From NCBI GenBank assembly GCA_038150265.1, contig JAYOTF010000001.1, positions 126,690 through 190,689 of the forward strand: a stretch of 64,000 nucleotides of DNA. The letters run 5' to 3'. The stretch's first letter is position 1, and each line of letters opens with the position of its first letter. The notes beneath the pieces were generated by a model. It did no database searches. It was not told where the DNA came from and saw only the letters and a program-made list of their open reading frames with translations. A program made the position numbers and the translations under genes. Positions 62,249 through 64,000 of this stretch are shown in pieces. Source of the stretch: Deltaproteobacteria bacterium. Lineage in GTDB: Bacteria; SAR324; NAC60-12.

Positions 62249-63652
62249 ATGCTGAAGCGGCACAACCAAGTCTTCTTTTCCCTGCTCCGTGTGGGCGATG
62301 GCGCTCTCGCTTTTCTGGCGTGGGAGCTGGCCTACCAGCTGCGGTTTTTGTGGATCAACTGGCCTGCGGCACCTGTGCCTCCGAGTCATCATGCCTACCT
62401 GGTCGCGGCAGGCGTGGTGGCCCTGTTGGCAATGGTGGCATTTGGAGCCGCCGGAGTGTATGAGGCGCACGGCAAACGCACCTGGAGGCAGGAGCTGTGG
62501 ACGCTGATCCAGGGCACCCTGGCGCTGGTGGTGCTGGGTGTGGGCGCCGCTTTCTTTTACCGGGATTTTTCCTACTCCCGGGTCCACATTGTGTACTTCA
62601 CCGGCACCATGTTTGCCCTGCTGGTGGTCCTGCGGATGCTCATCCGGGGCCTCATGGGGTGGCTGCATGCCCGAGGCAAGCACCTTGAGCGGGTGCTGGT
62701 GATCGGGTCCGGAAGCTCGGCAGCAGAGCTGGTCCGGAAGCTTCAGGGGCTGCAGTCCGCCGGCTTGCGCCTGGAAGGGGTGGTGGAGGTCAAGGAATCG
62801 ACACAGTCGCAGATTCCGGAAGGCGTCCGCCGACTGGGAAGCCTGGACAGCGTGAACAGCGTGATTGTGCAAAATCGGATTGATCAGGTCTTTGTGGCTC
62901 TGTCTGCAGATGAGCAGCACCGCCTCAGTGAGCTGCAGGAAATCCTGGCCGAGCAGTGGGTCGACGTCCGGATTGTCCCCGACCTGGGAGGCTTCCGGAC
63001 GCTGCATGTCGCTGCAGAGGACTTTGAGGGGATCCCGATGATCACCGTGGTGCAGAGTCCCCTGGAAGGCTGGAACCGTGTTCTCAAGCGGACACTGGAC
63101 CTGCTGGGCGCAGTTGCGGCACTGATTCTCTTTGGGCCGATCATGCTGCTGGTGGCGGCCATGGTGAAGCTGACGTCACCGGGGCCGATCCTGTACCAGC
63201 AAGAGCGCATGGGGCTGGACGGCCGCATCTTTCAGGCGCTGAAGTTTCGCTCCATGCGGGTGGATGCAGAAACCAAGACCGGGGCTGTCTGGGCCACTGC
63301 CCATGACGACCGGCGGACTCCGATTGGCACCTTCTTGCGGAAAACCAGCCTTGACGAACTGCCCCAGCTCTTCAATGTGCTGCGGGGGGAGATGAGCCTC
63401 GTTGGGCCTCGTCCGGAGCGCCCGGTCTTCATTGAGCAATTCAAGAGCAAGATTCCGGACTACATGCTCCGGCACAAGGTCAAGGCCGGCATCACGGGTT
63501 GGGCTCAGATCAATGGCTGGCGGGGCAACACGTCTCTGGAAAAACGCATTGAGTGCGACCTCCACTACATCGAGCACTGGTCCCTCTGGTTCGATGTCAA
63601 AATCCTCCTCCTGACCCCCTTCAAGGGGTTCATTGACAAAAACGCCTATTAG
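62249..63652 (+). CDS. wcaJ: Undecaprenyl-phosphate glucose phosphotransferase
   Basis: KRTLD, KFRSM, LDELPQ, MSLVGPRPER, GITGWAQING. Confidence 0.93.
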   Translation: MLKRHNQVFFSLLRVGDGALAFLAWELAYQLRFLWINWPAAPVPPSHHAYLVAAGVVALLAMVAFGAAGVYEAHGKRTWRQELWTLIQGTLALVVLGVGAAFFYRDFSYSRVHIVYFTGTMFALLVVLRMLIRGLMGWLHARGKHLERVLVIGSGSSAAELVRKLQGLQSAGLRLEGVVEVKESTQSQIPEGVRRLGSLDSVNSVIVQNRIDQVFVALSADEQHRLSELQEILAEQWVDVRIVPDLGGFRTLHVAAEDFEGIPMITVVQSPLEGWNRVLKRTLDLLGAVAALILFGPIMLLVAAMVKLTSPGPILYQQERMGLDGRIFQALKFRSMRVDAETKTGAVWATAHDDRRTPIGTFLRKTSLDELPQLFNVLRGEMSLVGPRPERPVFIEQFKSKIPDYMLRHKVKAGITGWAQINGWRGNTSLEKRIECDLHYIEHWSLWFDVKILLLTPFKGFIDKNAY

Positions 63653-63850
63653 GCCGACCCCCTTGTGTGCCAGGCGCGGGTCCGGAATCTTCCGCCTGGG
63701 GGTCAGAGGCACGGAAAATCTTGAGCTCACCCCAGAGGTGTGGCATCTTCAAGACCGCCTTGACCGGCAGTAGGCACGATCGCTTACATTGACCTCCAAC
63801 CTGTTGCCTGCCTGAGACCGAGGTCGGACTTCTTGACGAAAAACATCCCA

Positions 63851-64000
63851 GTGCGCTCCACTTTACTCAGGGGGCTTCTGGCGCTGGCGTTCTGGAGCGC
63901 TAGCGGCGGAGTCGCTTTCAGCGAGGAATGGGTCGATGCGACCATGCCCGAGCGAATTGTCAACGTGGCCCAGGGATTTGGGTTTGCGACGCTAGACGTT
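63851..64000 (+). CDS. Partial exported protein, possibly YbjN-like (runs off the window end)
   Basis: GTG start, signal peptide, then VDATMPERIVNVAQGFGFATL; frame open to the end. Confidence 0.5.
   Translation, partial: MRSTLLRGLLALAFWSASGGVAFSEEWVDATMPERIVNVAQGFGFATLDV

Noticed and set aside
63653..63850. Possible ncRNA (6S-like) after wcaJ
   Set aside because: Only short pairings found; no recognisable family features.

Overview
64 kb of a GC-rich (roughly 60%) bacterial chromosome, most likely a delta-proteobacterial or SAR324-like lineage (inferred from gene content only). It is dense, mostly core sequence; I recognised no tRNA, rRNA, CRISPR array, IS element or prophage. Order: glnE-recN, a stand-alone parC-type gene, serA, small hypotheticals, xth, two paralogous outer-membrane barrels, a PPTase, then a probable oriC directly upstream of dnaN-recF-gyrB-der, with no adjacent dnaA or gyrA. 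dnaN carries two in-frame TAA codons. Next come HMG-CoA lyase, hisB-hisH, ndk, yihA, malQ, a group 3b [NiFe]-hydrogenase operon divergent from ppdK, a ~16 kb catabolic cluster of unknown substrate, and housekeeping genes (rsmD, folK, SRAP, gcdH, ccmH, wcaJ). Most notable signals: (1) the palindrome TCCGGA is strongly iterated across the window in all codon phases, like cyanobacterial HIP1; (2) an oriC-like array of non-canonical DnaA-like boxes (core WTCRACA); (3) the orphan catabolic pathway; (4) three apparent pseudo-enzymes; (5) a structured-RNA candidate behind a near-consensus sigma70 promoter; (6) an unannotated 48-aa basic ORF and a Cys/Trp-repeat lipoprotein.
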